A stretch of DNA of 64,000 nucleotides from Bacteroidota bacterium (GTDB lineage Bacteria > Bacteroidota > Bacteroidia > 2-12-FULL-35-15), in contig JAZKDU010000022.1 of assembly GCA_040387415.1 (NCBI GenBank), positions 25,976-89,975 on the forward strand, in the 5' to 3' direction. Position numbers and translations under genes: made by a program. Below the pieces are notes generated by a model. It was given only the letters and a program-made list of their open reading frames with translations. It had not been told where the DNA came from and ran no database searches. Positions 1-10,800 of this stretch are shown in pieces; the first letter of the stretch is position 1; the number at the start of each line of letters is the position of its first letter.

Positions 1-725
1 AACACTGCTGTTCCATTATTAATAAAGTGTGCTACTATTCCCGGCCATAATGAACCGCTCCATAAAAACAGATATCCTAAATAAGCACCCATTAACATAC
101 GTGGAAAAAAACCATAAAACTGCATGTGAAATGCACTAAAAATTATCGCGCTGATCCAAACACCAATATGTTTATTTCTGGTGGCCTCAATAGCCACTTT
201 TTGCAAAACACCACGAAAAAAAAGTTCTTCGCTTATGGCTGCCATAAAGGCAATCACAAATAAATTCAACAGTAACACACCAACGGAAGTACCCTTAGTA
301 AAGGTTTCGGTAAGCACCTTTGCTTTTTCCTCGCTTTGCTGCATCCATAGCTCTATGCCGCTAAACATTTGCGGTAAATTCATGTGCTGATTAACTTCAG
401 ACAACCAATTAATCAAGGGCATTGCCAATATCATTCCAATACCCGCAATTAACAATGTGGCAAAAGCCGACCTTTTGGTTACACCCAGATAATGTATTTT
501 AGTTTTTGTCCAAAAAAGCGCAAATACTAAGGCTGGTAAAATAAAAACCATAAGCACACTCACTGCCTGAAGCACTTTTAATAGCACTATGGTATTCGGG
601 TTATCCATATTCATTTCTATATCATCACTTCCCCCGATAACGGTGACTAATCCTAATAAAAAAATGTAAGAGAAAAGTAGAATTAATTTAATCCATGAAT
701 GGCGCTCTTGCTCGTTGTTTTGCAT
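1..725 (-). CDS. CPBP-family (CAAX/Abi) intramembrane metalloprotease, 3' end runs off the window
   Basis: Manual translation of the minus strand from ATG at 725 (MQNNEQERHSWIK...) gives hydrophobic helices and the CPBP motifs AISEELFFRGVLQ, FSAFHMQ and GSLWPGIVAHFINN. It is absent from the ORF track because it is truncated. Confidence 0.88.
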   Translation of the reverse strand, partial: MQNNEQERHSWIKLILLFSYIFLLGLVTVIGGSDDIEMNMDNPNTIVLLKVLQAVSVLMVFILPALVFALFWTKTKIHYLGVTKRSAFATLLIAGIGMILAMPLINWLSEVNQHMNLPQMFSGIELWMQQSEEKAKVLTETFTKGTSVGVLLLNLFVIAFMAAISEELFFRGVLQKVAIEATRNKHIGVWISAIIFSAFHMQFYGFFPRMLMGAYLGYLFLWSGSLWPGIVAHFINNGTAV

Positions 726-743
726 TACTTGTGTTTTTTGGGT

Positions 744-751
744 AATTTTGC
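744..751 (+). promoter_or_regulatory. Bacteroidota sigma-70 -7 element (TAATTTTG) upstream of dusB
   Basis: Matches the TAnnTTTG consensus about 90 bp before the dusB ATG. Confidence 0.5.
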
Positions 752-838
752 AACAAATCTACAAATAAGCTGTTTAACAATTAAATTATTTCAATAAACA
801 GGTCAGCTTGAATTCGTAATTTGTAGTCTATCAATAAA

Positions 839-1840
839 ATGGTTAAAATAGGTAATATAGAGTTAGGCGATTTCCCTTTATTGTTAGCGCCAATGGAAGA
901 TGTGAGTGATCCTCCGTTTCGTGCGGTATGCAAAAAAAATGGAGCTGATTTAATGTATACGGAGTTCATTTCTTCGGAAGGCTTGATCCGTGATGCCGCT
1001 AAAAGTGTTCAGAAGCTTGATATATTTGAATATGAACGTCCTATTGGCATTCAATTGTTTGGCTCCGATATTGATTCCATGCGTGAAGCTGGAATTATTG
1101 CAGATAACGCTAATCCTGATTTAATTGATATAAATTACGGCTGCCCTGTGAAACAGGTAGCCTGCAGAGGTGCCGGTGCTGCGCTATTACAGGATATTCC
1201 TAAAATGGTGCAGATGACTTCGGAGATTGTAAAAATCGCACATCGCCCGGTAACCGTTAAAACCCGCTTAGGCTGGGACGATAATACAAAAAACGTGGTG
1301 GAAGTTGCTGAGCGTTTACAGGATATCGGTATTTCAGCGCTTACCATTCATGGCCGCACACGTGCCCAGCTCTATAAGGGTGAAGCCGACTGGAGCCTGA
1401 TTGGTGACATCAAAAATAATTCACGCATTAAAATTCCCATTTTTGGTAATGGCGATGTTGATTCTCCGGAAAAAGCCAAGATCATGAAAGAACGCTATGG
1501 CGTGGATGGCATTATGATTGGCCGTGCAAGTATTGGTTATCCATGGATATTCAACGAAATAAAGCACTTTTTCAAAACAGGTGGACATCTTGCTCCTCCA
1601 ACAATTACTGATCGTGTAAGGGTTTGTAAAGAACACCTCGATTTTTCGATAAAATGGAAAAGTAAACATGCCGGAATTGTTGAAATGCGCAGGCATTATA
1701 CCAATTATTTCAAAGGCTTACCTAATTTTAAGGAATACCGTATGGGATTGGTGACTACGTATTCCTACGATGAAATTGTGAGTATTCTGGATGAAGTGGA
1801 AAAAAAATATACTGAAATGGAGTTTATGGCCTCCATTTAA
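839..1840 (+). CDS. dusB: tRNA-dihydrouridine synthase DusB
   Basis: Motifs LAPMEDVSD, DINYGCPVK, VTVKTRLGW, TIHGRTR, GNGD and GIMIGR. Confidence 0.95.
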   Translation: MVKIGNIELGDFPLLLAPMEDVSDPPFRAVCKKNGADLMYTEFISSEGLIRDAAKSVQKLDIFEYERPIGIQLFGSDIDSMREAGIIADNANPDLIDINYGCPVKQVACRGAGAALLQDIPKMVQMTSEIVKIAHRPVTVKTRLGWDDNTKNVVEVAERLQDIGISALTIHGRTRAQLYKGEADWSLIGDIKNNSRIKIPIFGNGDVDSPEKAKIMKERYGVDGIMIGRASIGYPWIFNEIKHFFKTGGHLAPPTITDRVRVCKEHLDFSIKWKSKHAGIVEMRRHYTNYFKGLPNFKEYRMGLVTTYSYDEIVSILDEVEKKYTEMEFMASI

Positions 1841-1855
1841 ATAAGTAACAATTTG

Positions 1856-2740
1856 TTACTTATAAACCTCTCTCCTACTCGCTTTTAAAGTATTGATTAA
1901 TAACGATGCAATTGTCATTGGCCCTACACCGCCTGGTACAGGTGTGATGTAGGAAGCTTTGGGAGCTACCTGCTCGTAATTCACATCACCAACCAGTTTA
2001 AAACCGCTTTTTGTCTGATCAGATTTTATCCTGGTAATGCCTACATCTACTACTACTACACCATCCTTCACCATATCGGCAGTAACAAATTCCGGTTTAC
2101 CTAATGCAACAATTAGTATATCTGCTTTTTGAGTAAATTCTTTTAAATCAGCGGTACGGCTGTGGCAAAGTGTAACCGTGCAATTACCCGTTAATGTATT
2201 GCGTGCCATTAATATACTCATCGGAGAGCCTACAATATGGCTTCGTCCAAGCACCACACAATGTTTTCCTGCAGTATCAATTTTATATCGTTCCAATAGT
2301 TGAATAATGCCATAAGGCGTTGCAGGAAGGTATGTTGGCAGGTTTAAGGCCATTCGCCCTACATTTTGCGGATGAAAGCCATCCACATCTTTTTGTGGTG
2401 AAATAGCTTCTACTACTTCATGCTCATCAATATGCTTAGGCAAGGGCAGTTGAATAATATACCCATCAATTGTATCATTAGTATTTAGCTCTTTTACTTT
2501 TGCTAATAATTCCTGTTCTGTTGTTGTATCCGGTAATCGAACCAAAGTGGAGGTAAATCCTGCCGTTTCACAGGCTTTTACCTTTGCGGCTACATACGTT
2601 TCACTGGCACCATCATTCCCAACTAAAATAGCCGCTAAATGCGGAATTCTGCCACCCTTTTCTTTAATTGCATTTACTTCAAGTAATAATTCAGCCTGAA
2701 TTTGCTGTGAAATTAATTTGCCGTCAAGAATTTGGGTCAT
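1856..2740 (-). CDS. folD: Bifunctional methylenetetrahydrofolate dehydrogenase/cyclohydrolase
   Basis: Motifs [31 protein letters not shown] and [11 protein letters not shown]. Confidence 0.97.
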   Translation of the reverse strand: MTQILDGKLISQQIQAELLLEVNAIKEKGGRIPHLAAILVGNDGASETYVAAKVKACETAGFTSTLVRLPDTTTEQELLAKVKELNTNDTIDGYIIQLPLPKHIDEHEVVEAISPQKDVDGFHPQNVGRMALNLPTYLPATPYGIIQLLERYKIDTAGKHCVVLGRSHIVGSPMSILMARNTLTGNCTVTLCHSRTADLKEFTQKADILIVALGKPEFVTADMVKDGVVVVDVGITRIKSDQTKSGFKLVGDVNYEQVAPKASYITPVPGGVGPMTIASLLINTLKASRREVYK

Positions 2741-2752
2741 TGAATAAAAAAT

Positions 2753-2930
2753 TGGAGAAATGGAGAATTAGAAAGTTAGTGAAATGGAGAAATAAAGAAT
2801 TAGAAAGTTAGTGAAATGGAGAAATAAAGAGTTGGAGAATTAAGTTAGATTAAGACATTACACTATAATTCCATAATTCTCAAAATCACTAAATCTTTAA
2901 TTAATTTTCAAATCACTAAATCTCAAATTA
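2753..2930. repeat. Intergenic 8-bp-period array with an oppositely oriented arm
   Basis: Exact 32-bp tandem duplicate AGAATTAGAAAGTTAGTGAAATGGAGAAATAA at 2764-2795 and 2796-2827, built of 8-mers. The right arm (about 2866-2930) has complementary-sense units such as TAATTCTC and AAATCACTAAATCT (twice). Confidence 0.8.
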
Positions 2931-2935
2931 ATTTA

Positions 2936-4285
2936 TTATTTCATTCCTGGCATACCCGGCATGTTTTTCATCTGCGACATCAGTTTTGCCATATCCTGCT
3001 TGTTGTTCATCATCTTCATCATTTTGCGGGTATCATCAAACTGCTTGATCAGGCGATTCACTTCCTGTACGGATCTTCCACTGCCTTTTGCAATACGATC
3101 CCTACGTTTGCCATTCAACAAATCCGGGTTTTCACGCTCTGCAGGTGTCATGGAAGAAATAATGGATTCAATGCTTACAAAAGCATTTTCATCCACATCA
3201 ACATCCTTTAATGCTTTGCCAACACCCGGAATCATACCAACAAGATCTTTGATATTACCCATCTTTTTGATCTGCTGTAATTGATCTAAAAAGTCGTTAA
3301 AGCTGAATTGATTTTTCGCAATTTTCTTTTGTAATTTTCTGGCTTCCTCTACATTAAACTGCTCTTCTGCACGCTCTACAAAGGTTACCACGTCCCCCAT
3401 GCCTAAAATACGATCAGCCATACGGTTTGGATGGAACACATCCAATGCGTCCATTTTTTCACCGGTACCAACAAATTTAATAGGTTTGTTCACTACCGAT
3501 TTAATAGAAAGCGCAGCACCACCGCGGGTATCTCCGTCTAATTTGGTTAAAACAACACCATCAAAATCAAGAATATCATTAAATGCTTTCGCTGTATTTA
3601 CTGCATCCTGTCCGGTCATGGCATCCACCACAAATAATGTTTCATCCGGCTCAATTGCTTTTTTTACAGCAGCAATTTCATTCATCATTGCCTCATCAAT
3701 AGCCAAACGACCAGCAGTATCAATAATTACAACAGTGTTTCCATTTTCCTTCGCACGCTGAATACCTTTTTTTGCAATGGATACAGCATCCTTGTTTTCA
3801 GGATCAGAATATACATCCACCCCTATTTGTTCGCCTAATACATGCAATTGTTGAATTGCAGCAGGGCGGTATATATCGCAGGCTACCAATAATGGCTTTT
3901 TCCCACGTTTTGTTTTCATGTAATTAGCAAGCTTTCCGGAAAAGGTAGTTTTACCAGAACCCTGTAAACCACTCATCAATATAATGGTTGGATTGCGTGT
4001 AAATTTAATTTCCGCAGTTTCACCACCCATTAAATTGGTAAGTTCCTGTTGCGTAATTTTAACCATTAACTGCCCTGGAGAAATAGCGGTTAATACGTCC
4101 TGTCCAAGCGCTTTTTCCTTTACCGTATCGGTAAACTGCTTCGCTACTTTATAGTTTACATCGGCATCCAATAAGGCCTTGCGGATTTCCTTAATGGTTT
4201 CCGACACGTTTATTTCAGTGATTTTCCCTTGTCCTTTTAATAATTTAAAGGCTCTTTCCAGTTTGGTACTTAAACTATCAAACAT
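2936..4285 (-). CDS. ffh: Signal recognition particle protein Ffh
   Basis: Motifs GLQGSGKTT, DIYRPAA, DTAGR, TKLDGDTRGG and RILGMGD, plus a Met-rich M domain. Confidence 0.98.
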   Translation of the reverse strand: MFDSLSTKLERAFKLLKGQGKITEINVSETIKEIRKALLDADVNYKVAKQFTDTVKEKALGQDVLTAISPGQLMVKITQQELTNLMGGETAEIKFTRNPTIILMSGLQGSGKTTFSGKLANYMKTKRGKKPLLVACDIYRPAAIQQLHVLGEQIGVDVYSDPENKDAVSIAKKGIQRAKENGNTVVIIDTAGRLAIDEAMMNEIAAVKKAIEPDETLFVVDAMTGQDAVNTAKAFNDILDFDGVVLTKLDGDTRGGAALSIKSVVNKPIKFVGTGEKMDALDVFHPNRMADRILGMGDVVTFVERAEEQFNVEEARKLQKKIAKNQFSFNDFLDQLQQIKKMGNIKDLVGMIPGVGKALKDVDVDENAFVSIESIISSMTPAERENPDLLNGKRRDRIAKGSGRSVQEVNRLIKQFDDTRKMMKMMNNKQDMAKLMSQMKNMPGMPGMK

Positions 4286-4310
4286 TGTGTTATTGTTTTA
4301 ATTTAGGGTG

Positions 4311-4318
4311 CAAATTTA
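4311..4318 (-). promoter_or_regulatory. -7 promoter element (TAAATTTG) for ffh
   Basis: The reverse complement reads TAAATTTGCA, about 25 bp upstream of the ffh ATG. Confidence 0.65.
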
Positions 4319-4431
4319 GTAAATTTTAAGAGGATAAAAAAGTGTTTTTTTGCGAAATGAAGCGTGCCAAACTAATGCGGTTTTTAATTCTCACTTTTTA
4401 CAAAGCGCCCTTCTATTTTCAGGTAATCAAT

Positions 4432-5130
4432 TTAACGCTTACTTTTAGAAACAACTAACTGAAGCAGTTTCATATCATAATATAAAATTTTAATCTCATA
4501 ATCTTTCCATTTCAGAGAACCTCTTCCTTCGTTAAAATCTACTGAACTGAACGAAAGTGTTTCCTGCTGGCCATTTTCCGACAAACCTAATTGATAATCC
4601 GCATAGGAATCATATTTTGAAGGCTTTCCATCTAAACTGGCACCCATAACATCCACAGATTCCTTAAAGTTGACCGTAAGATCTCCTATAATTGCATCAT
4701 GGCCAAGATTTATAAAAAAAGGATTCTCTAAATTTAATTCATCCACTACCAACTGAACATCTTGCTGTTTACTGATTTCAAGGCCATAAGCATATTTTCC
4801 AAATGCCTGCGGGTAATTTTGGGGCGGGTTATTTACCTCTGAATAGTACCAAAGAAATGTACTAAACTTCTTATCTTTTTCTGTAACCTTAAGTTCCAGT
4901 TGAATTTGTACAGAGCGGTCAGACCACGGCTTATCCTGAACAAAAAGGTTGACAGGGTTAATTTCTAAAGTTTTATATTGGATTAAAGGATTTGCACCTT
5001 TATTTAAAAAAGCTGTTTTAAAAGGTTTTCGATCCATATTTATTCCAGTTTGGGCATACCCATTTAATCCGGTATATAGAGATAGCATAATAAATGCTTT
5101 TATTTTAATTTTTTTTACGTCCATTTTCAT
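4432..5130 (-). CDS. Hypothetical exported protein (likely start 5130 or 5124 rather than 5184)
   Basis: ORF track 4432..5184. MKMDVKKIKIKAFIMLSLYTGLNGYAQ looks like a Sec signal ending in A-Q. Starting here avoids the overlap with the upstream gene. Confidence 0.6.
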   Translation of the reverse strand: MKMDVKKIKIKAFIMLSLYTGLNGYAQTGINMDRKPFKTAFLNKGANPLIQYKTLEINPVNLFVQDKPWSDRSVQIQLELKVTEKDKKFSTFLWYYSEVNNPPQNYPQAFGKYAYGLEISKQQDVQLVVDELNLENPFFINLGHDAIIGDLTVNFKESVDVMGASLDGKPSKYDSYADYQLGLSENGQQETLSFSSVDFNEGRGSLKWKDYEIKILYYDMKLLQLVVSKSKR

Positions 5131-5167
5131 ACTGTTCGCTTTTAAATACACTAAAAGTGAATTAATA

Positions 5168-7558
5168 TCACATCTGGATACCAATAATCAAAATATCATC
5201 AACCTGTTCTGCTCCTGCCTTCCAATTTTCCACGAAATTGTCTAAGTAAAGTTCCTGTTCCTTCATCGGTTTATTTTGAATTTCAATTATAACTTCTTTC
5301 AATTTTTTTGTCATCAATTTTTTTCCAGTTAGTTTACCAAATTGGTCTGCGTAACCATCCGTACAAATGTAAAAAGTGTCACCTTGCTGTAACTTTAATT
5401 CGTGACTATCAAAATACTCATTATCTTCCGTTAGTCCTCCAATCGCTTTTTTCGTAGCCTTAATTTCATCTACTTCATTCTGCCCTTTACGAACAATCCA
5501 AATTGGTCTGTTTGCACCGGCATATTTTACAATCCGGTTTTCCACATCAATAGCGCAAAGAGCTATGTCCATGCCATCCCGGGTAGATTCATTACCGTCA
5601 GATTGTTTAAGCGCAGTTTTAATTCCTTTATTCAAAAGGGATAAAATTTTCGATGGATCTGAACTTTCTGAAACGGCATCATTTAATTTCCCAGCGCCAA
5701 TCATGCTCATAAATGCTCCTGGCACACCGTGACCAGTGCAGTCCGCAACCGCAATAAAAGTGGATTGATCATTTTTGTGGAAGAAATAAAAATCACCGCT
5801 AACTATATCCTTCGGCTTGAAGAGGACGAATGATTTTGGAAACACGGTCCATATATCTCTGCGATGAGGAAGCATTGCACGTTGTATCCGTTTAGCATAA
5901 TTGATACTATCAGTTATATCTTTGTTTTTTTCTTCCACAACTTTCTTTTGCTCCTGAATCACTTTTTTCTGCTCCTCGGTTTCTTTGTTTTTTGTTTCAA
6001 TGATTTGCTTTTGTTTTCGGGTAATTCGAAGTGCCCGGAAAATAAAACCAGCAAAAGCAAAAACAAGAATTAAAACGCAAGAAACAAGGACCAAGACCCA
6101 TCTTTGTTTGCGACTTTTTTCTTCTACTATTGCTTGCTGTTTTTCATTTTCAGCTTTAGTAATTGTTTCCTTCTTATCAAATTCGTAATTCATTTCTTTT
6201 CTTACAAGCTCCTTTTTGTTTTCCTGGCTGAAAATAGTGTCTTTTATAGCTATTGATTTTTTATAATGAATTAATGCCTCCTTATACCGTCCCGTTGTAT
6301 CATATAGTTGAGAGAGATATAACTCCGCTTGCCTTAATTCATTTAATGCTCCTATGCTGTCATCAATGGCTATCGCTTTTTTCAAGAATTGTTCTGCCTC
6401 AGTATATTTTCCGATTTCAGTATAAAGTGAGCCTATACTACTCATGTTCCTTGATATTTCACTTCTATCGCCAAGTTCCTCTGAAATTTTCAACGCTTTT
6501 AAATGATAGTCAAGTGCTTTAGGATAATCATGTAGCTTTTGATATACCAATCCTATGTTACTTGTTGTTATTCCACTTTTGATACCCAGTTCTTCAAAAA
6601 GTTTCACCCCTTTGAGATAATAATTAAGGGCTTTCGAATAATCTCCTATTTTATCATAGACCCCTCCAATATTGCCTATATTCAATGCCATTCCGTATTT
6701 ACTTCCAAGTTCCTCCGCTATTTTTAAAGCTTTGGAATAATATTCCAGTGCCTTGAGATCGTTTTGATCACTGTAAACGAGTCCAATATTACCTAAGTCC
6801 AGCATCTGCGAATTCTTATCGCCTAATTCTTCATCAATCCTCAAGGCCATTAAGTAATAATTAATTGCTTTGGGATAACTAGCCTGCTTCCAATAAGCAA
6901 GCCCAATATTGCTGAAATTATTTGCTGCGATGCCCTTATTTCCAATACTTTCCGCAATTTCCAATGCCTTAAAATAATATTCCAAGGCTTTGGGGAAATC
7001 ACCTTGGCTCCAATAGGCAAATCCAATATTCCCCAGATTGCTAGCAACCCCTTCCATATCGCCAAGTTTTTCAAAAATTTTTAATGCTTTGAAATAACTC
7101 TCAAGTGCTTTGGAATAATTACCTTGTTGCATATAAATCACCCCTACATTACCCTGTATTGTGGTAACACTGCTTATATCCTTGAGGTCTTCTGCAATCC
7201 TTAATGCTTTAAAAAAACACTCTAAAGTTTTGGAATAATCATCTTTGTAAAAAAAAACAAACCCCATGTTGTTGTAAGAATCAATAATTCCTTTTTTAAA
7301 ATTTAGTTGTTGAGCAAGCTGTAGAGCATTCTTACCGAAGATTATAGCAGTATCGTAAAGCCCTGCCTTTTTATATTCCTCACATAATTTATTCAAATGG
7401 TGAACATTATTGGTATCCAGTTTATCTTTTTGGATAAGAATTTTTAGAGAATCAATATTTCTATTTTGAGCAAAGGAAATACCCTCTTTGCTCCTGCCAA
7501 AGATGGCGAAGAACTGAATAAGAATAAAGAGAACAGGAATTTTATAGCTTTTCCTCAT
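5168..7558 (-). CDS. Membrane sensor: periplasmic TPR array, TM helix, coiled coil and SpoIIE/PP2C phosphatase
   Basis: N-terminal signal and about 9 TPRs (GNIGxxY...YPKALEYY.KAL.I.E.LG). TM segment WVLVLVSCVLILVFAFAGFIF. PP2C motifs VSGDFY, ADCTGHGVPGA, DGMD, TDGYADQ and QVDD. Confidence 0.92.
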   Translation of the reverse strand: MRKSYKIPVLFILIQFFAIFGRSKEGISFAQNRNIDSLKILIQKDKLDTNNVHHLNKLCEEYKKAGLYDTAIIFGKNALQLAQQLNFKKGIIDSYNNMGFVFFYKDDYSKTLECFFKALRIAEDLKDISSVTTIQGNVGVIYMQQGNYSKALESYFKALKIFEKLGDMEGVASNLGNIGFAYWSQGDFPKALEYYFKALEIAESIGNKGIAANNFSNIGLAYWKQASYPKAINYYLMALRIDEELGDKNSQMLDLGNIGLVYSDQNDLKALEYYSKALKIAEELGSKYGMALNIGNIGGVYDKIGDYSKALNYYLKGVKLFEELGIKSGITTSNIGLVYQKLHDYPKALDYHLKALKISEELGDRSEISRNMSSIGSLYTEIGKYTEAEQFLKKAIAIDDSIGALNELRQAELYLSQLYDTTGRYKEALIHYKKSIAIKDTIFSQENKKELVRKEMNYEFDKKETITKAENEKQQAIVEEKSRKQRWVLVLVSCVLILVFAFAGFIFRALRITRKQKQIIETKNKETEEQKKVIQEQKKVVEEKNKDITDSINYAKRIQRAMLPHRRDIWTVFPKSFVLFKPKDIVSGDFYFFHKNDQSTFIAVADCTGHGVPGAFMSMIGAGKLNDAVSESSDPSKILSLLNKGIKTALKQSDGNESTRDGMDIALCAIDVENRIVKYAGANRPIWIVRKGQNEVDEIKATKKAIGGLTEDNEYFDSHELKLQQGDTFYICTDGYADQFGKLTGKKLMTKKLKEVIIEIQNKPMKEQELYLDNFVENWKAGAEQVDDILIIGIQM

Positions 7559-7852
7559 ATTAATTTTTTTTAAAGACCACTCCCCAATTAACTCACTCTA
7601 AACACAAAAATATAATTTATTTGCTCCGAAATACTATTCAGGGAAGCGCATTCCCAAAGTTGTTTTTGCTCTTAACTGGGGCTAGTTATGCTATTTAAAA
7701 ATCACATAGCGGTCTTAAGGATAGTCTCATGCAGAAGGTATATAGCCCATTATAGGAATGAAAGCCCATTAGATACTTATTCGCTTTTACTTTCTTTTAT
7801 TATCCATTTCGCACAAGAGTAAAGTTAATTGGCAGAACAATATCTGCAAACC

Positions 7853-10800
7853 TCATTCCACAACAACCTTTACAATCCTCTGTCCCTTCTCCGTTCTCAA
7901 CTTCACAAAATACATTCCTTTCGCCAATTTTAAATCTGCTGAATTAATTTCAATCTGATACTTCCCGGAAGATTGAACATTATTAAACAAATTAATTCGC
8001 TTACCTAACACATCGGTCAATGAAATTTCAACTGCTGAATTGCCTGATAACTGGTACGTAATAATGGTGCTGCCATTGAACGGATTCGGATAAACAGATA
8101 AATTATTTATTAATGTTTGTTCATCAATAGATGTTACGGCAAACATTTGTCCGTTACTTGAAAATGCTGCTGTTTGCAGGCCGGCCCCATCTTCTGATTT
8201 TACACTAACGTAATAATTTTGGTTTGGTACTAATGTTAAACCTGTATGTGTTACAGAAGTGTTTAATCCATTATCGGTCCAATTCACTACATCGGTTGCG
8301 CCAGCTGCAGTTCCAATGGCATACCAATATTTTACTAAGGCTGAATTGGTATCTGCACTTGCAGTCCAATTAGCAGATAATTGTATTAAGGAATTAGTGG
8401 TATCAATATCCGCAGCAGTTCCATCATTTACCGAAAAACCTATTGGGGCTGACCAATCAACATCCACATCTTGCGAAGCAACAACAGAAAGGTTCCCCGC
8501 AGCATCCTTTGTTATTGATTTTACCCTGCAGGCAGGCGTTGTAGGATTTGGATTCTGATAACGCACATCGTTGGTAGATGCAGCACCAACACTCACTGTT
8601 ACAGAAGGTAACCTTGAACGGTATACTTTTAAATCATTTACCATATAATTACAATCCCCGCTCCTGAAGGATATGTAGTTACCATTTGAGTAAGGTGAAG
8701 GATCTGTCCAGGTGCCTATCAGATCATTATTCACATATACATCCATCTTGCCTGAAACACGATCATACAATACATGATAATCATACCAGGTATTTGCATT
8801 GATCGTTACAGGAGTAGTAAACACAGCTGACCCAAAGGTATTATTTACCACCTTATATATCTGCAACTGGCTTTGATCAGCACGGAACCATACAAAATAT
8901 GAGTTTCCGCGATTTGTTTGCGCTGCGCTGTCACAGAAAAAATGAAAGCCCGCACGTCTGTTGATTCCTGTGCCATCAATTTTACCTTTCCAGTTATACA
9001 AATACCTGTTCGATAAATTTTGTTTTAATGGCGCATAAATATTTGTATTGGTATTTGATTGGTCGTTTTGCTCAAGAAACCCGCCATTAATAGCCCATGT
9101 GCCGCTTGCCGATGTCCAGTCAGTGTGAATAGCATTGTCAAAATTATCACTAAAAAATCCATTACCGTTATTGGCCCTCCATTCGATACCGGTATATTCC
9201 AATACCTGGTAAAAACTTTTTTCGATGCCGGAGCCTCCTGTATTATCAGTATCAGTAAAAGTTGCTGTGAAATTTTGTGTTGCCCAATTAGCGGGCGCTG
9301 TAACCTGTGTAACAGGAACCGTATTATCAATAGAGCAATTCCATATAGCGCGCCAGCCTGCTGCAGGAGTGCTGCCATCAGATTTAAAACGGATGGTCAA
9401 TGCTGGTCCGGTGGACGTAACTGTTCCAGGACTGTTTGCGCCATGATACGCTCCAACCAACGGCGATGAAATGCTCGTACCATCATAGATCCATAGGGAA
9501 TCGGAATTTAGTTCAGTAGCAAAGGAAGTAAAATTGAGCGTCAGCCCTGTGGCATAGGCTGGTGCAATAGTGTACGTGTATTTTTCATTGTCATTGTAGT
9601 TTCTATTGGGCCCGCCCATATCATAAATCGTATCAGTACATGGAACAACAGCACAATCGGTAAATTTACTCTGAATCAAATCCCAAAAATCACTGTAACC
9701 ATCGTCATAGCCCAAGGCCCAGATTCCGATCCCTCCAAGGCCTTGCTGGTTCACAATATCAAATCGCTTACTAAGGCTGTATGCGTCATCAACAAAACAT
9801 TGCCACCACTGTCCGCTTCGTTGTGAAGGATACCAGGAAGAAAAACTGTTAGCATCCCATTGGCGGTTGCTGTAATAACCATTGACATTATTTCTTATTT
9901 CATTGTAAAATACGGTACTGGAGCTTCCTGTTGTTGTACCAGGGATTGTGCCGGAAGAAGTGGACCATTCGCGTCCATAATAAGGCAGGCCCAACAATAA
10001 TTTTGAACGGGTGGTTCCTTTATTCAAATAATAAGTAATTGATTTGGTTAATGTGTAATTATAAGATGTTAAAAAATTATACAAAGGTGCATCAGGTCCG
10101 GCTATTGAACTACCGCTGTAATAATAATCATACCCCATAATAATAAAGAGGTCAACATAAGGAGTTAAAGCAGGTATGTTGAATACATTACTCCACTCTA
10201 CCGCAGGTAAGGCTATGCTCACTTCTGAACCAGGGATAGCAGCATGCATCTGATTACATAAACTAATCATAAAGCTTGTAAAAGCAACGTTATTGGAAGC
10301 TGCCATACCTTCAAAATCAATATTTACTCCATGCCCATTGCGTGCTTGTACAAGATTAATAAGGTTGGTAATCAGCGTTTGACGAGAGGTTGAATTCCCT
10401 AAAAAAGCAGTGTGCCCGCTAAATAAAGTAGCGCACAGTGTTACATTAACCCCATTTGTCTGCGCATCGGTCACAACCTGCGCTGTAGACCAACCGTGAG
10501 TAGTTACAGCATTTCCATCAGAGGAATTTACATCATAACCAAAAAAGCACAAGTCGGTAAGCCCGGCCCAATCATAATTAGTCTGTAAGCCATTGCTCCA
10601 GTATGGATGCCAACCATAAACCCTTTTGTTTAATGTACAAGTACGGTTACTTTTGAGCGCACTGCTTTTGGGCATTCCTGTAGTAAAAATGCGCAAACTA
10701 TCCCATTGAGCATCTGTGCTTAAATTGTAATGTGCATATTTTTCAGATTGTTCCTGGTGGATTGATTTATAAGGTACATAATCACTTGCAGGCTCAGATC

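Noticed and set aside
7249-7257. A9 homopolymer as a phase-variation switch in the TPR-PP2C gene
   Set aside because: The ORF is intact, and A/T runs of this length are common in this AT-rich window.
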